47,165 nucleotides of DNA, taken from the IMG/VR virus record IMGVR_UViG_3300038406_000164, positions 1-47,165 of that record; one strand, written 5' to 3'. Source of the DNA: a virus. Taxonomy: Duplodnaviria; Caudoviricetes. The notes beneath the pieces were generated by a model that saw nothing but the letters and a program-made list of their open reading frames with translations, ran no database searches and had not been told where the DNA came from. A program made the position numbers and the translations under genes. Positions 45,834-47,165 of the stretch are shown in pieces. The number at the start of each line of letters is the position of its first letter. The first letter of the stretch is position 1.

Positions 45834-46075
45834 ACCTATTTAAATATTATGGTGAGGATACAGGCTACTATCGAGTTTACTACAAGAGAAAGTCCGACAT
45901 AGGTAAGAAAGTACATACATATTGTATCCAGAACGACGGATCATGGGGCAATGATGCATACAAATTCTATAGCTGCTCTAAGGATGGAGAACCTGAGATC
46001 GAGATACGATTCCCTTCAGAGGATAGATTTGATAAACTTATCTATCCAGCTAGCATTGAGAAAGCATCCAAATGA
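45830..46075 (+). CDS. Hypothetical protein
   Basis: GTGA coupling. Confidence 0.55.
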   Translation: MNLFKYYGEDTGYYRVYYKRKSDIGKKVHTYCIQNDGSWGNDAYKFYSCSKDGEPEIEIRFPSEDRFDKLIYPASIEKASK

Positions 46076-46269
46076 ACCTCATACTGGAAGCAAAGCGTCC
46101 TGGCTACGCTGACTGGCAATGCCGGTCAAGGCTGACTGACATCAACTATGAGCTTCGTGACGGAAAGATTAGCCTTGAAAGGGCATTTGAGAAAATAATT
46201 GCCATGCGGGTGGCCTGGATGGGAATTGAGCCGCACACGGAATTTCGCGTAACGACCACCCCTAAATAA
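46072..46269 (+). CDS. Hypothetical protein
   Basis: ATGA coupling. Confidence 0.5.
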   Translation: MNLILEAKRPGYADWQCRSRLTDINYELRDGKISLERAFEKIIAMRVAWMGIEPHTEFRVTTTPK

Positions 46270-46358
46270 AATATGTTGCGCTCTCGTTTTTCCCGTGATA
46301 CAAATTTGGTATGTGCAATCGCACATAATCAAAATAAATTTCAATCACGGGTGAAAAT

Positions 46359-46727
46359 ATGGCTACGGAAGAAGTCGTCGCAAAAACTAAGGAAGGGGCC
46401 GTCGTCACGTTCAATTACGACTTTGGCGCTACTCTCGATGAGATGGTTGATCGCTTCACTTTGGAAATCTGCACTGCACACACCAAGCGCAGCTTGGTGG
46501 TGGCAGCTCAGGGGCACGCTCGCAACCTCATGAGGGCTGGAAAGAGCCCACAGGAGATCAAAGCGGCTATGGATTCGTGGAAGCCCGGCGCGCCACGTGT
46601 CTCCAAGTCGAAGGTCGATCGCCTGAACGAATTGATTGCTCAGATGAGCCCAACCGAGCGCGAGGAGTACATCAGGGAACTGGCTGGCAACCGCCCTGCG
46701 TCGCCGAAGAAGGGTGCCGCTGCATAA
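46359..46727 (+). CDS. Hypothetical protein, possibly nucleic-acid binding
   Basis: 122-aa ORF after a candidate promoter TTGCGC-N17-TACAAA (46276-46304). Confidence 0.65.
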   Translation: MATEEVVAKTKEGAVVTFNYDFGATLDEMVDRFTLEICTAHTKRSLVVAAQGHARNLMRAGKSPQEIKAAMDSWKPGAPRVSKSKVDRLNELIAQMSPTEREEYIRELAGNRPASPKKGAAA

Positions 46728-46730
46728 GTT

Positions 46731-46880
46731 AATGGTGGGCGGCCGGAGGTTAAGGTAGCCACATCTAGTCCGTCCGGGGATTCCGTGTGGACCCACCATT
46801 TAAACTAGCCTCCCAGTTCATGTGCTTTCTGGGACGGCGCGAGGGGTCAGCGTTGGGAGTTCGCTGGCCCCTCTGCATTT
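46731..46880 (+). ncRNA. Candidate structured sRNA with an anti-start-codon loop
   Basis: Closing stem 46731-46800; hairpin 46808-46838 with loop TTCATGTGCTTT; hairpin 46841-46873, then a T-run. Confidence 0.6.
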
Positions 46881-46898
46881 TAGGGGTATGGAAAAACT

Positions 46899-47135
46899 AT
46901 GAGCAGTATAACTGAATATATCAAGATCAGACGCCCAATTGTAGTGGGAATTGACCAATGGATCATTACAAACAGAACTGGCAGCAGGGCCTTCTATTAT
47001 GATCAGGACCTTCAACTGCCTATGAAGGTCTTGGCCCTAATGAATGGCCACATGACCAGATATTTCATGGCTGACTATGATCTGGAAACCAAACAGTATA
47101 CAATCATAAAGCCATCAAGGGAGCAAGACTGGTAA
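46899..47135 (+). CDS. Hypothetical protein
   Basis: ORF TAATG-coupled to the exonuclease gene across the circular junction. Confidence 0.55.
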   Translation: MSSITEYIKIRRPIVVGIDQWIITNRTGSRAFYYDQDLQLPMKVLALMNGHMTRYFMADYDLETKQYTIIKPSREQDW

Positions 47136-47165
47136 TGGCTGAGGACAAGCTAGCAGGGCTGCGCC
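47039..47165. repeat. Direct terminal repeat, copy 2
   Basis: Identical to 1-127. Confidence 0.9.

Overview
The window is an apparently complete ~47.0 kb circular(ised) genome of a lytic, podovirus-like tailed phage. Bases 1-127 are repeated at 47039-47165. The host is probably an alphaproteobacterium (Hyphomicrobiales-like, judged from an Omp25/RopB-type gene). The + strand carries early genes, a D5/P4-type helicase, a Cas4-like nuclease/Sak4-like ATPase/SSB module, a ParB-methyltransferase fusion, a UDG-fused family A DNA polymerase and a class II ribonucleotide reductase. The - strand (9.9-31.9 kb) carries the morphogenesis operon: TerL, portal, scaffold, capsid, adaptor, nozzle and ejection proteins. 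I recognised no integrase, repressor, RNA polymerase, tRNA or CRISPR. Most unusual: (1) intergenic hairpin RNAs whose loops are exact antisense to translation-start motifs shared by several early genes; (2) a PolA cleanly split into two genes by an endolysin-containing insert, with His at the 762-equivalent position; (3) five copies of a 21-bp palindrome at gene boundaries; (4) a ~1.1 kb island strongly depleted of AG/CT dinucleotides. Functional calls rest on motif recognition by eye; no searches were run.
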